Shown here: piece by piece, positions 9,501-18,510 of the stretch
How the letters are laid out: every line of letters starts with the position of its first letter
Numbering within the stretch: position 1 is the first letter of the stretch
Assembly (NCBI GenBank): GCA_023267755.1
Contig: JAHFMR010000003.1
Span: 7,315-71,314 of the forward strand
Direction: 5' to 3'
From: a bacterium
GTDB taxonomy: Bacteria; Patescibacteriota; Minisyncoccia; Phycocordibacterales; Phycocordibacteraceae
DNA length: 64,000 bases
Position numbers and translations under genes: made by a program
The notes under the pieces: generated by a model
Databases searched by the model: none
Told to the model about the DNA's origin: nothing
Seen by the model: only the letters and a program-made list of their open reading frames with translations

Positions 9501-10169
9501 ATGCAAGTAAAAATAGAGTCATCGTGGGCGGACAAACTCTCGGGGGAGTTCGAGCAGGAATACTTTGCCGAGCTGACAAACTTCGTAAAGAAAGAATATC
9601 AAGAAGGGAAGGTGTACCCAGCACCCAGGAATATCTTCCGCGCTTTTGATCTCTGTCCATTCGATGCGGTAAAGGTTGTCATTCTTGGACAGGATCCGTA
9701 TCACGGCGCGGGACAAGCCAATGGTCTCTGCTTCGCAGTAGACGAGGGGACCGCGCTCCCACCCTCGCTTCAGAATATATTTAAAGAGATAGAAAGTGAT
9801 TTAGGTAAACTGCTCGTACATCGTGGAGGTGATTTAGAGCGCTGGGCCAAGCAAGGTGTCTTACTCTTGAACGCGACACTCACTGTCCGTGCGCATACCG
9901 CTGGCTCGCATCAGGGGAAAGGTTGGGAGCAGTTTACCGACGCAGTCATTCGCGCGCTATCAGAGGGGCGTGAGAATCTCGTCTTTATTCTCTGGGGTAA
10001 CTACGCTAAAGCCAAGGGGGCACACATTGATCGGAGCAAGCATCTCGTCCTTGAGTCAGCGCATCCCTCGCCCTTCTCTGCCGCCTCCGGCTTCTTTGGC
10101 TCCAAGCCTTTTAGTAAGACAAACGATTGTCTCGTCGAACACGGCAAACCGCCGATAGACTGGCTATAA
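9501..10169 (+). CDS. ung: Uracil-DNA glycosylase (family 1)
   Basis: GQDPYHG, PPSLQNI, GVLLLNATLTV, HPSPFS. Confidence 0.96.
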   Translation: MQVKIESSWADKLSGEFEQEYFAELTNFVKKEYQEGKVYPAPRNIFRAFDLCPFDAVKVVILGQDPYHGAGQANGLCFAVDEGTALPPSLQNIFKEIESDLGKLLVHRGGDLERWAKQGVLLLNATLTVRAHTAGSHQGKGWEQFTDAVIRALSEGRENLVFILWGNYAKAKGAHIDRSKHLVLESAHPSPFSAASGFFGSKPFSKTNDCLVEHGKPPIDWL

Positions 10170-10192
10170 ATTGAAAAAGAAGTATTATCATC

Positions 10193-10326
10193 ATGTTCGC
10201 GCAGATGATAAGTTATCGAGCGTCATTTCCGAAGTGGCAAGAATCGGTTGCCCGTGCGATTCAGCCCGTTAGGGGAACTCTTGCGTAGTTTCTCGCACGA
10301 GCCTACACGTAAGTCTGCGCGAACGC
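10193..10326 (+). ncRNA. Structured non-coding RNA, candidate 6S RNA
   Basis: 11-bp closing stem 10195-10205/10314-10324, inner stems around a central bubble, G-U pairs favour + strand, followed by a terminator. Confidence 0.55.
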
Positions 10327-10334
10327 CTATATCA

Positions 10335-10370
10335 CGAGCACCTTAGGTCTAGGGTGCTCGATTATTTTTA
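10335..10370 (+). terminator. Intrinsic terminator after the ncRNA
   Basis: CGAGCACCTTAG-gt-CTAGGGTGCTCG followed by ATTATTTTT. Confidence 0.8.
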
Positions 10371-10397
10371 TACAACGAGCCCTGGTATACTCAACCT

Positions 10398-10967
10398 ATG
10401 AACCACACGCCGCAGATTAAGAAGGCGATACAGTTCGCGGCGCGCAAGCATCACGGCCAGATGCGCATTTCAGACGGTCAGTTGCCGTACGTCACCCATC
10501 TCTTCTCAGTGGCGCTCTTGGTGGCTGAAGATGGTGCACACGACGACGTGGTCACCGCGGCGCTTCTCCACGACACGCTCGAGGATACCGAGACGACGCG
10601 CGCAGAGATCGTGAGCGAATTTAACGAGCGCGTCGCAGAACTAGTCGAGTCAGTCACTGAGGTGAAGGAAGGGCTCGATTGGCGGGACTACAAGCAGAAT
10701 TATCTCGCGCTGATGGGACGGATTGATGAAGAAGCGTTGCTTATAGCCATCGCCGACAAAGTAGACAACGTAGAGAGCCGGATTGAAGAGTATCAAAGAG
10801 ACGGTGCGGACTTCCTGAGACGTTGGAAGCGTCCAATGGCCGATTATCTCTGGTTCTACGGCGAAGCTCTCCGAGTGGCAGAGGCGCGACTGCCAAACCA
10901 CTCACTCACTAAGCGACTTGCTCAAGAACACGCCAAGCAGATTGAAGTGTTTACAAACACGCTGTAA
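10398..10967 (+). CDS. HD-domain protein, small alarmone hydrolase/Mesh1-like
   Basis: HHGQMR, PYVTHL..VA, AALLHDTLED, IADKVDN; no synthetase domain. Confidence 0.85.
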   Translation: MNHTPQIKKAIQFAARKHHGQMRISDGQLPYVTHLFSVALLVAEDGAHDDVVTAALLHDTLEDTETTRAEIVSEFNERVAELVESVTEVKEGLDWRDYKQNYLALMGRIDEEALLIAIADKVDNVESRIEEYQRDGADFLRRWKRPMADYLWFYGEALRVAEARLPNHSLTKRLAQEHAKQIEVFTNTL

Positions 10968-10994
10968 CCGCTTGGAGGCTCAACCTCCAAGCGG
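10968..10994. repeat. REP-like palindrome between convergent genes
   Basis: CCGCTTGGAGG-ctcaa-CCTCCAAGCGG, 11-bp perfect arms, no U-tract. Confidence 0.75.
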
Positions 10995-10997
10995 GAG

Positions 10998-12965
10998 TTA
11001 CCAGATTTTGGCGCGATCGTTTGGAGCGCGATAGAGTTTGTCGCCTTTTTTTACTGCGAATGCCGCATAGAACTCGGGGAGGTTTGAGGCTGGGCCGTTG
11101 ATACGGAAGAGGCTTGGCGAATGAGGATCGGTGAGCACCTGTGTCTTCTCCATTTCAGGGCGCTTATTCTCAAGGTCGAAGAGGGCGAAGCCGAGGAAGA
11201 ATCGTTGTTCGGGCGTGAAGCCGTCGATATCGATACGACCACTTTTCTTAAGGCGGAGCTGGTACGCATCAAAGGCGATAGAGACACCACCAAGATCAGC
11301 GATGTTCTCGCCGAGCGTGAGCTGGCCATTTACCTTGACCCCGTCTGCCACGCGGTAGGTATTAAACTGCTTCACCAACACCTGTGCTTTCTTAGTAAAT
11401 CGCGCGGTGTCCGCCTTCGTCCACCAGGTCTTACGATTACCCTTACCGTCAAACTTCGACCCTTGGTCGTCGAAGGCGTGTGTGATTTCGTGCCCGATGA
11501 CCGAGCCAATCGAGCCATAATTAAGTGCATCGTCAGCTGTCAGCGAGAAGAATGGCGGCTGGAGGATAGCGGCAGGGAAGACGACATCGTTTAGGCCGAA
11601 GCTGCAATACGCGTTTACCGTCTGCGGGCTCATAAACCATTCCTTACGATCAACCGGCTTATTGAGTCGACGCATCGCCCGCTGGTGTCCGTGGAGCACG
11701 GCGCGTAGTGCATTACCGAGGTAGTCGTCAGGAATAATCTCGAGATTCTTATAGCTGCGCCACTTGTCTGGGTAGCCAATTTTACGATTCACCTGACGGA
11801 GCTTTACGAGCGCCTTCTTCTTAGTCGCGCCACTCATCCAGTCGAGATTCTTGATGCGTGCTTCATAGGCCGCGAAGAGGTCATCAACAATCTTGTTCAT
11901 CTCCTTTTTTTCCTCATGACTGAAGTGCTGCTTCACGTAAATCTGTCCGAGAAGCTCCCCGAGCGCGCCGTTGGTAGCTCCGAGCGCACGACGCCAGAGT
12001 GGCTTCATCACTTTTACCCCAGAGAGCGTCGTACCGTAGAAGGCGAAGTTCTGCTTCTCAAATGCGGGGGTCAAGTAGCTCGCAGCGCCTCCCACTAGAT
12101 GCCAGGTGAGATATGTCTGCCAATCGGCAATGGATTCCTTAGCGAGCAGGGCGCCCATTGCTGCAAAGAATTTCGGCTGCATCACAACAACCTCTTTTAC
12201 CTTCGGCGCACCGACAATCTTCAGATAGTCCTGCCAATTAATCCCTGGTGCCTTTTGCGCGAGCGCGCGGACACTCATCCTGTGGTACGTCTTATCGACG
12301 TCGCGAATGTCTTCCTTGGCCATCGAGATCTTCGCGATCGCTGTCTCGAGCCGTAGAATCGTCTCCTGGTCACGCTTCGCTTCTGTAACCGATTTGCCCA
12401 TCAGCTTGGCGATTGCTTCCAAGTGCTTTCCGTAGGCGGTGCGGACACGCGCCGACTCCGCGTCGTTCTTGAGATAATAGTCGCGATCGGGCATACCGAG
12501 GCCGCTCTGACCGAGGTGGACGAGATACCGTTCGCTGTCCTTCATATCCTGATCGACGCCCATACTCCACGGACCGGCGCCGCCTATCTTCTCGAGGTGC
12601 GCGATTACTCTCACGAGCGAGTCAACATCTTCTATCTTTTTGATGCGATCGAGCCACATTTGGAGCGGCGTGAGACCAAGCGTACTACGGCGCTTCAAAT
12701 CGAGCCCTGAGAGATAGAAGTCACGCACCTTTTGTTCCGGGCTCCCGTTAGCAAGTTTTTTTGTATTTTGGAGTTCTGTCACAATGGCGCGGAGCTTCTT
12801 TTCAGTATCGTAGCGGAGGATAAGGAATGAGCCCCAGCGTGATTCCTGTGGCGGTACCGGATTCTTCGTGAGCCAATTTCCGCCCACGTAGTGATAGAAG
12901 TCGTCTTGTGGCCGGACGCTCCTATCCATATCCCGCACGTCAAATCCCCAGTCCTTTTTCTTCAT
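10998..12965 (-). CDS. pepO: M13 family zinc metalloendopeptidase (PepO/neprilysin-like)
   Basis: PQDDFY, VNAY, GHEITHAFD, GENIADLGG, DPHSP; real start 12965, the ORF-track extension overlaps alaS. Confidence 0.92.
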   Translation of the reverse strand: MKKKDWGFDVRDMDRSVRPQDDFYHYVGGNWLTKNPVPPQESRWGSFLILRYDTEKKLRAIVTELQNTKKLANGSPEQKVRDFYLSGLDLKRRSTLGLTPLQMWLDRIKKIEDVDSLVRVIAHLEKIGGAGPWSMGVDQDMKDSERYLVHLGQSGLGMPDRDYYLKNDAESARVRTAYGKHLEAIAKLMGKSVTEAKRDQETILRLETAIAKISMAKEDIRDVDKTYHRMSVRALAQKAPGINWQDYLKIVGAPKVKEVVVMQPKFFAAMGALLAKESIADWQTYLTWHLVGGAASYLTPAFEKQNFAFYGTTLSGVKVMKPLWRRALGATNGALGELLGQIYVKQHFSHEEKKEMNKIVDDLFAAYEARIKNLDWMSGATKKKALVKLRQVNRKIGYPDKWRSYKNLEIIPDDYLGNALRAVLHGHQRAMRRLNKPVDRKEWFMSPQTVNAYCSFGLNDVVFPAAILQPPFFSLTADDALNYGSIGSVIGHEITHAFDDQGSKFDGKGNRKTWWTKADTARFTKKAQVLVKQFNTYRVADGVKVNGQLTLGENIADLGGVSIAFDAYQLRLKKSGRIDIDGFTPEQRFFLGFALFDLENKRPEMEKTQVLTDPHSPSLFRINGPASNLPEFYAAFAVKKGDKLYRAPNDRAKIW

Positions 12966-13010
12966 AACCGCATAGTATATGAATTTTTTATCTCGTGCTA
13001 TCTTTTTCAT

Positions 13011-14870
13011 ATGACCGTCTCTGACGTCCGCAAGCGATATCTCGACTTCTTCGCCAAACGAGAGCACGTGGTGATACCTTCGGCGCCAATAGTGCCCGAG
13101 AACGACCCGACAACCCTCTTCACCAGTAGCGGGATGCAGCCCTTGGTGCCGTATCTCCTCGGACAGTCGCATCCGGAGGGGGCTCGCCTCGCCGACTCCC
13201 AGATGTCCTTCCGTGCTGAAGACATTGAGGAGGTGGGTGACAATCGTCACACGACTTTCTTTGAAATGCTCGGTAACTGGTCGCTCGGAGATTATTTCAA
13301 ACAGGAGCAACTGCCGTGGTTCTACGAGTTTCTCACGAACAAAGAAGAGGGGCTCGGACTCGACGCGAACAAGCTCTACGTGACCACCTTCGCCGGCGAT
13401 GAGGAGAGCGGAATGCCAGCCGACACCGAGGCAGTAGAGATCTGGAAGAAGATCGGCATCGCCGACGATCACATCTTCTCCTATGGCGCGAAAAAGAATT
13501 GGTGGAGCAGGGCAGGAGTACCCGCGAAGATGCCGGTGGGCGAGATAGGCGGCCCCGACTCTGAGGTTTTCTACGACTTTGGTCTCCCGCACGACCCTAC
13601 CTTCGGCGCAGAGTGTCACCCCAACTGTGATTGCGGCCGGTTCGTCGAAATAGGCAACTCGGTCTTTATGCAATTTATTAAAAAAGAAGACCCTTCGACA
13701 GGCTCAGGGCAGGCGGCCTTCAAGGAATTACCCAAGAAGAATGTCGACTTCGGCGGCGGACTTGAGCGTCTGGTCGCTGCCACACAGAATGATTCTGATA
13801 TTTTTATGATTGACGTATTTGATGCAGCACGCACTGTTCTCGAATCCCGCTCTGGCATGCGATATAAGGACGTCGTACGTCATACATCAGATGTAGGACG
13901 TACGACGTCCTACATGCGGTCGTTCAGGATTATTTTGGATCACATGCGCGCAGCCTCTTTTATGCTCGCAAGCGGTATTCGCCCAGGCAATACTGAACAA
14001 GGGTATGTACTCCGCCGACTCATTCGTCGCTCTCTACGCGAAGCAGATAAACTCGGTATTAAAGACGCTGTGCTTGCCGAAGTAGCCGGTGGGTTCGGCG
14101 ATGCATATCGAGATCACTATGCTTTCATCTATGAAAGCGCGGAGATTATTAAGAGTGAATTGGAGAAAGAGGAAGCACAATTTAGAAAAACTCTCACGCA
14201 CGGTATGCACGAGCTGGAGAAGATGGGGAACAGTATCGACGCCTTCACGCTCTTCACTACCTATGGCTTCCCGGTAGAACTCACCGAAGAAATCGCAAAG
14301 GAAAAAGGGATTGCTCTCGATATGACTGCAGTGCAGGCGAAGATGGAAGGGCACCAGGCACTCTCGCGTGCGGGAGCGGCACAGAAGTTTGCGGGCGGGC
14401 TCGCCGATACTGCCGAGCAGACTGTCCGGTATCACACCGCTCACCATCTCCTACTCAAGGCGCTCCAGTTAGTACTCGGACATGATGTCCATCAGCGGGG
14501 GAGTAATATCACGAGCGAGCGCTTGCGTATCGATTTCTCCTGGAGCGCCAAGATGACCGACGAACAGAAGGCTGCGGTAGAAAAAATCGTCAATGAACAG
14601 ATCGCTGCAGGATTACCGGTCGTCCGTACTGATATGAATAAAGAAGAAGCAGAAAAGCTTGGTGCGGAGCATGAGTTTGGTGCAACCTATCCCGATATCG
14701 TCTCGGTGTATTCAGTTGGCCCTCTTGATAACGCATTTTCAATAGAATTCTGCGGCGGTCCGCACGTAGGAAACACTTCCGAGCTTGGTGAGGATGGTAA
14801 GCAATTCAAGATTCTGAAAGAGGAAGCCTCTTCCGCCGGCATCCGTCGTATTAAAGCGGTGTTAGAATAA
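13011..14870 (+). CDS. alaS: Alanine--tRNA ligase (lacking C-Ala domain)
   Basis: DPTTLFT..GMQP, HTTFFEMLGNWS, GLERL, editing motifs HTAHH and CGGPH; ends at GIRRIKA. Confidence 0.96.
   Translation: MTVSDVRKRYLDFFAKREHVVIPSAPIVPENDPTTLFTSSGMQPLVPYLLGQSHPEGARLADSQMSFRAEDIEEVGDNRHTTFFEMLGNWSLGDYFKQEQLPWFYEFLTNKEEGLGLDANKLYVTTFAGDEESGMPADTEAVEIWKKIGIADDHIFSYGAKKNWWSRAGVPAKMPVGEIGGPDSEVFYDFGLPHDPTFGAECHPNCDCGRFVEIGNSVFMQFIKKEDPSTGSGQAAFKELPKKNVDFGGGLERLVAATQNDSDIFMIDVFDAARTVLESRSGMRYKDVVRHTSDVGRTTSYMRSFRIILDHMRAASFMLASGIRPGNTEQGYVLRRLIRRSLREADKLGIKDAVLAEVAGGFGDAYRDHYAFIYESAEIIKSELEKEEAQFRKTLTHGMHELEKMGNSIDAFTLFTTYGFPVELTEEIAKEKGIALDMTAVQAKMEGHQALSRAGAAQKFAGGLADTAEQTVRYHTAHHLLLKALQLVLGHDVHQRGSNITSERLRIDFSWSAKMTDEQKAAVEKIVNEQIAAGLPVVRTDMNKEEAEKLGAEHEFGATYPDIVSVYSVGPLDNAFSIEFCGGPHVGNTSELGEDGKQFKILKEEASSAGIRRIKAVLE
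13691..13713 (+). repeat. 23-nt STGSGQ repeat, copy 1, in-frame in alaS
   Basis: CCCTTCGACAGGCTCAGGGCAGG; matches copies at 26736 and 45881. Confidence 0.85.
13868..13915. repeat. Nested palindrome in-frame in alaS
   Basis: 22-bp inverted arms with 1 mismatch; right arm is itself ATGTAGGACGT-ACG-ACGTCCTACAT. Confidence 0.85.
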
Positions 14871-14874
14871 ACGA

Positions 14875-15936
14875 ATGAGTTTTTTCCATAGGAAGAAGCG
14901 AGGCGTGGCGATGCTACTTATCGATATCGGCGCCGACTCGGTCGCAGGAGCGTATACGCAGTACATCGACGGCGAGCAGCCGGTGGTGCATTACACGAAA
15001 CGAACCCCCATCGAGATTCGCGGAAAGGAGCCGCATGCCGATGCGATGCTTCGCGCGCTCAAAGCACTCGGCGATACGCTTATTCATAAGGGTGCTCACA
15101 CCTTCCTACGTGCGACCGGGAGTGCTGCTATTGACACAATCCTCGTCTCTATCGACGCGCCTTGGCAGACGACCTCGATACGCACAGAAAATCTCGAGCA
15201 AGATGAACCCTTTGTTTTCACCAAGGGAATGGTTTCCGCAGTACTAAAAAAGACGCGCACCACTCCTGAAAAGCAGCTTCTCGCGGATGAAAGTATTATC
15301 GGCACTATTCTCAATGGCTACGAGACACACGCTCCCTACGGGAAACACGCTCGTCGCGCCTCAATTATCATCCTCACATCGCTTATAGATGAGGAGGTTG
15401 CCCGAGAGATTCACACGCTACTTCGTGGCCTCTGTCACACGAAGGAGACGCTCTCTATCGCGGGAAGCTCACTCCGCTATCAGGCGCTGCGCATCGCGTT
15501 CCCTCACGAGCGCGACGCGCTTATCCTCGACGCGACCGGACCGCTCACCTCTATCGCTCTTGTGCGACGAGATCTCCTCGTCGACGTTATCGAGGTGCCC
15601 ACCAAAGTCAGTGACGCTATGGGCTGGCTCAAAGAGACCGCGACCGCACTCGCCGCACTCGCCAAACGATTCCCCCTGCCACGTACCATCTTCCTGCTTG
15701 CTCGCGAGCCGGATGCCGCTCCTCTTAAGGATACGCTCGACAAAGGCGATCTCGGATCGCTTTGGCTCTCGGATAATCCCCCTAAGATTGTTGCGGTACT
15801 CGGGAGCCACATTATGAGCTTTATCCGTCAGACGGCATCTACTCCACCAGACCTCTCACTTCTGCTTATGGCCCTATACGCCGAGAAGCGCATTTTCCGA
15901 GAAGAGGTTGTGGTGGACAAGTCGACTTCAGAATAG
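14875..15936 (+). CDS. Hypothetical protein, degenerate FtsA/PilM-like actin fold
   Basis: N-terminal LLIDIGADSV and second LILD motif; 353-aa ORF in operon context. Confidence 0.55.
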   Translation: MSFFHRKKRGVAMLLIDIGADSVAGAYTQYIDGEQPVVHYTKRTPIEIRGKEPHADAMLRALKALGDTLIHKGAHTFLRATGSAAIDTILVSIDAPWQTTSIRTENLEQDEPFVFTKGMVSAVLKKTRTTPEKQLLADESIIGTILNGYETHAPYGKHARRASIIILTSLIDEEVAREIHTLLRGLCHTKETLSIAGSSLRYQALRIAFPHERDALILDATGPLTSIALVRRDLLVDVIEVPTKVSDAMGWLKETATALAALAKRFPLPRTIFLLAREPDAAPLKDTLDKGDLGSLWLSDNPPKIVAVLGSHIMSFIRQTASTPPDLSLLLMALYAEKRIFREEVVVDKSTSE

Positions 15937-15963
15937 CCCGGTGAGTGGTATACTCCTCAACAT

Positions 15964-17175
15964 ATGCGTACCTTAAATGACATCACCCCGCCGTCTCGTC
16001 GCCGAGAGGCAGATTCTCTTACTAGCGCCCCCAGTCGCCAGCCACTCAATCTCTCAGAACGTCCTTTTAAATTCCCGTATATAACCTTGATTGTCGTTCT
16101 TGGTATCATCGCTCTCTCTATCGGGGCACTCTTTTATTTCTCAAGCGCCAAGGTTGAAGTAACACCAAACACGATCTCGGCAGCGGTGCAGGGGTCCTTC
16201 ACTGCGAGCATCAGCAGCGGAAACTTGCCCTATGAGATGATTACCGCACAGAAGATTGCTACCCAGAGTGTCAAAAGTGGTGGGACAAAAGAAGTCAGCT
16301 CATCATCCTCAGGTACTATCACCGTTTACAATACTCAAACAAAGTCGCAGCACCTTATCGCGAATACGCGCTTCGCTACCACAGCAGGACTCATCTTCCG
16401 TATCCACACAGCCGTAACCGTACCGGGAGGCAGCCCTACAAAACCGGGGAGCACCACCGCCAAGGTCTACGCTGACCAAGCGGGCAGCACCTATAACATC
16501 GCTCCCACCTCCTTCACCATTCCAGGTTTTGCCGGGACGCCACAGGCAAGCCAGGTGTACGCACGTTCGACAAGCGCTATGAGCGGCGGCGCCTCCGGGA
16601 CGGTACCTATTGTCGACACTTCACTCGAAGCGACCACTCGCGCAGCACTCACTAAAGCGCTCGAGCCAGACCTTCAGACGAGCATCAAGGCCCAAATCCC
16701 TGAGGGCTACACACTTGTCATTGGTGCCACACACATCGCTTACGACACCCTTGACTCCGCCCCCTCTGCAACGACCGGTATGGTCGATGTAAAAGAGCAG
16801 GGAACGATTACCGCGGTTGTTTTCCCAAATGCCGCTCTCGCCAAGGCGGTTGCTCAGTCGATCTCGGGCCTCAATTATCAGGGCGAGCCGCTCCTCCTTA
16901 CTCCCGCTTCCAACCTCGTCCTTGCGGCACCGAGCCTACCAGAGGCAAATGCCGCTTCCTTCACTTTCACTCTCTCTGGTACCGCTTCACTCCTCTACAC
17001 GGTCGATCCTACCCGCATCGCCGCCGCGATAGCAGGGAAGACTCGCTCGGCAGCCGAGGTGGCGCTCACCAACTATCCCGAAGTGAAGCGTGCGGTCATT
17101 ATCCTGCGCCCATTCTGGCGTCAATCCTTCCCCCAGGACCCCTCCACAATCACCGTCGTGGAGACCAATCCGTAA
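15964..17175 (+). CDS. Membrane-anchored beta-rich protein (baseplate J-like domain, CPR-type)
   Basis: TM helix, GTITVYN, TRF...GLIFR, VTVPG, V.ADQAG..YNI, FTIPG. Confidence 0.55.
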   Translation: MRTLNDITPPSRRREADSLTSAPSRQPLNLSERPFKFPYITLIVVLGIIALSIGALFYFSSAKVEVTPNTISAAVQGSFTASISSGNLPYEMITAQKIATQSVKSGGTKEVSSSSSGTITVYNTQTKSQHLIANTRFATTAGLIFRIHTAVTVPGGSPTKPGSTTAKVYADQAGSTYNIAPTSFTIPGFAGTPQASQVYARSTSAMSGGASGTVPIVDTSLEATTRAALTKALEPDLQTSIKAQIPEGYTLVIGATHIAYDTLDSAPSATTGMVDVKEQGTITAVVFPNAALAKAVAQSISGLNYQGEPLLLTPASNLVLAAPSLPEANAASFTFTLSGTASLLYTVDPTRIAAAIAGKTRSAAEVALTNYPEVKRAVIILRPFWRQSFPQDPSTITVVETNP

Positions 17176-17182
17176 GGCTGGT

Positions 17183-17211
17183 TGACGATATTTTGGATAC
17201 CTGCTAGATTG
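17183..17211 (+). promoter_or_regulatory. Sigma70 promoter of infA-alpha operon
   Basis: TTGACG-N17-TAGATT with extended TG. Confidence 0.65.
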
Positions 17212-17244
17212 TATGAGTACCTTATGGGTGGCGATGCATCATAA

Positions 17245-17484
17245 ATGAGCGAAGGCGAAGAAACAAAATCGACGGTGACCGGTACCGTCGAGGAAGTGTT
17301 GCCGAACTCACTTTTCCGTGTCCGACTTCCTGAGAAGGAAGAGGGTGGGGGAGGTGAACTCATTCTTGCCTACCTTGCAGGGAAAATGCGTTTGCATCGG
17401 ATCCGCGTCCTTATGGGCGACCAGGTGGAGATGGTGCTTGACCCTTACGGGGGTCGCGCAAGAATAGTTCGCCGATTAACCTAA
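17245..17484 (+). CDS. infA: Translation initiation factor IF-1
   Basis: [28 protein letters not shown]. Confidence 0.95.
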   Translation: MSEGEETKSTVTGTVEEVLPNSLFRVRLPEKEEGGGGELILAYLAGKMRLHRIRVLMGDQVEMVLDPYGGRARIVRRLT

Positions 17485-17502
17485 CCTACAGCGACATTTA
17501 CG

Positions 17503-17619
17503 ATGAAAGTTCGTGCTTCTATCAAAGTCCAGCAGCCAGGTGATCAGCTCGTCCGTCGCGGCGGGCGCCTCTATCGTATCAACAAGAAGAATCCGCGTCG
17601 TAAGGCGCGTCAGGGGTAG
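17503..17619 (+). CDS. rpmJ: 50S ribosomal protein L36, Cys-free type (not in ORF track)
   Basis: Translates to [38 protein letters not shown]; lies between infA and rpsM. Confidence 0.95.
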   Translation: MKVRASIKVQQPGDQLVRRGGRLYRINKKNPRRKARQG

Positions 17620-17655
17620 TCAAAGCGTTATTTAATTTTTTCGTATTTAACAATC

Positions 17656-18036
17656 ATGCGTATCGCCGGTGTCACACTCCCAGGGAACAAACAGCTCGCG
17701 TATTCATTGCCGCTTATTTTTGGTATTGGCCCGACGCGCGCTCGCGAGATTCTCGCCAAGGTAGGTGTCCCGGCAACCAAGAAGGGCGACGAGCTCACCG
17801 CCGACGAGGAGCAGAAGATCCGCTCGCTCGCCGAGAGCTTTACTATCGAGGGTGAGTTGCGCCGCGAAATAGGTCAGAACATCAAGCGTCTGAAGGATAT
17901 CAAGGCTATTCGTGGAGATCGCCACAGCCGTGGGCTCCCGGTACGTGGACAGCGCACCAAGACCAACTCGCGCACGCGTCGTGGTAACGTCCGTAAGACG
18001 ATGACCTCGGGCCGCCGGACGCTTGAAAAGACATAA
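17656..18036 (+). CDS. rpsM: 30S ribosomal protein S13
   Basis: MRIAGV, IFGIG, RH.RGLPVRGQRTKTNSRT. Confidence 0.97.
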   Translation: MRIAGVTLPGNKQLAYSLPLIFGIGPTRAREILAKVGVPATKKGDELTADEEQKIRSLAESFTIEGELRREIGQNIKRLKDIKAIRGDRHSRGLPVRGQRTKTNSRTRRGNVRKTMTSGRRTLEKT

Positions 18037-18057
18037 TTTTGCAAACATAAAAGTACT

Positions 18058-18492
18058 ATGGGTAAGAAACGAATCATCAAGAAGAGCGGACGCGGCCTCG
18101 ACCAGGGGCGTAAGGAGCGCGCTATGTCCAAGGCGACCAAGCGTCACCTCGAGAAGGGCGTCCTCCACATCGAAGCGACCTTCAACAACACTAAGGCGAT
18201 CCTCACCGACGACAAGGGCAACGCGGTGGTCTCCTCGAGCGCAGGCGCACTCGGCTTCTCTGGTGCACGCAAGTCGACCCCCTATGCCGCTGCCAAGGTG
18301 GGCGAGTTCCTCGGCGAGAAGGGAATGTTGATAGGCCTCAAAGAGGCGAGTGTCGTTATCCGTGGTGTGGGTGCCGGGCGCGAGTCAGTGTTGCGCGCCT
18401 TCTCGGGCAAGGGCGTTCAGATCAAATCGATTAAGGACGTGACTCCTGTTCCGCACAACGGTCCGCGCCCGCCTAAGCCGCGTCGCATCTAA
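18058..18492 (+). CDS. rpsK: 30S ribosomal protein S11
   Basis: ATFNNT, RKSTPYAA, DVTPVPHNG.RPPKPRR. Confidence 0.97.
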   Translation: MGKKRIIKKSGRGLDQGRKERAMSKATKRHLEKGVLHIEATFNNTKAILTDDKGNAVVSSSAGALGFSGARKSTPYAAAKVGEFLGEKGMLIGLKEASVVIRGVGAGRESVLRAFSGKGVQIKSIKDVTPVPHNGPRPPKPRRI

Positions 18493-18510
18493 TCTTTTCT
18501 TCTACGAGCT

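Noticed and set aside
10193-10360. Minus-strand reading of the structured RNA (two GCAA tetraloops, TTGAGT-N16-TATAAA)
   Set aside because: Non-canonical pairs are G-U on the + strand but A-C on the minus strand, and the terminator T-tract is on +. The minus reading is disfavoured but not fully excluded.
12966-13673. N-terminal 236-aa extension of the 891-aa minus-strand ORF
   Set aside because: It is antisense to alaS. The M13 peptidase begins at MKKKDWGFD (12965), with a -10 box just upstream.
15964-17175. Baseplate J-like gene as evidence of a prophage
   Set aside because: There are no other phage genes. It is membrane-anchored and sits in a housekeeping context.
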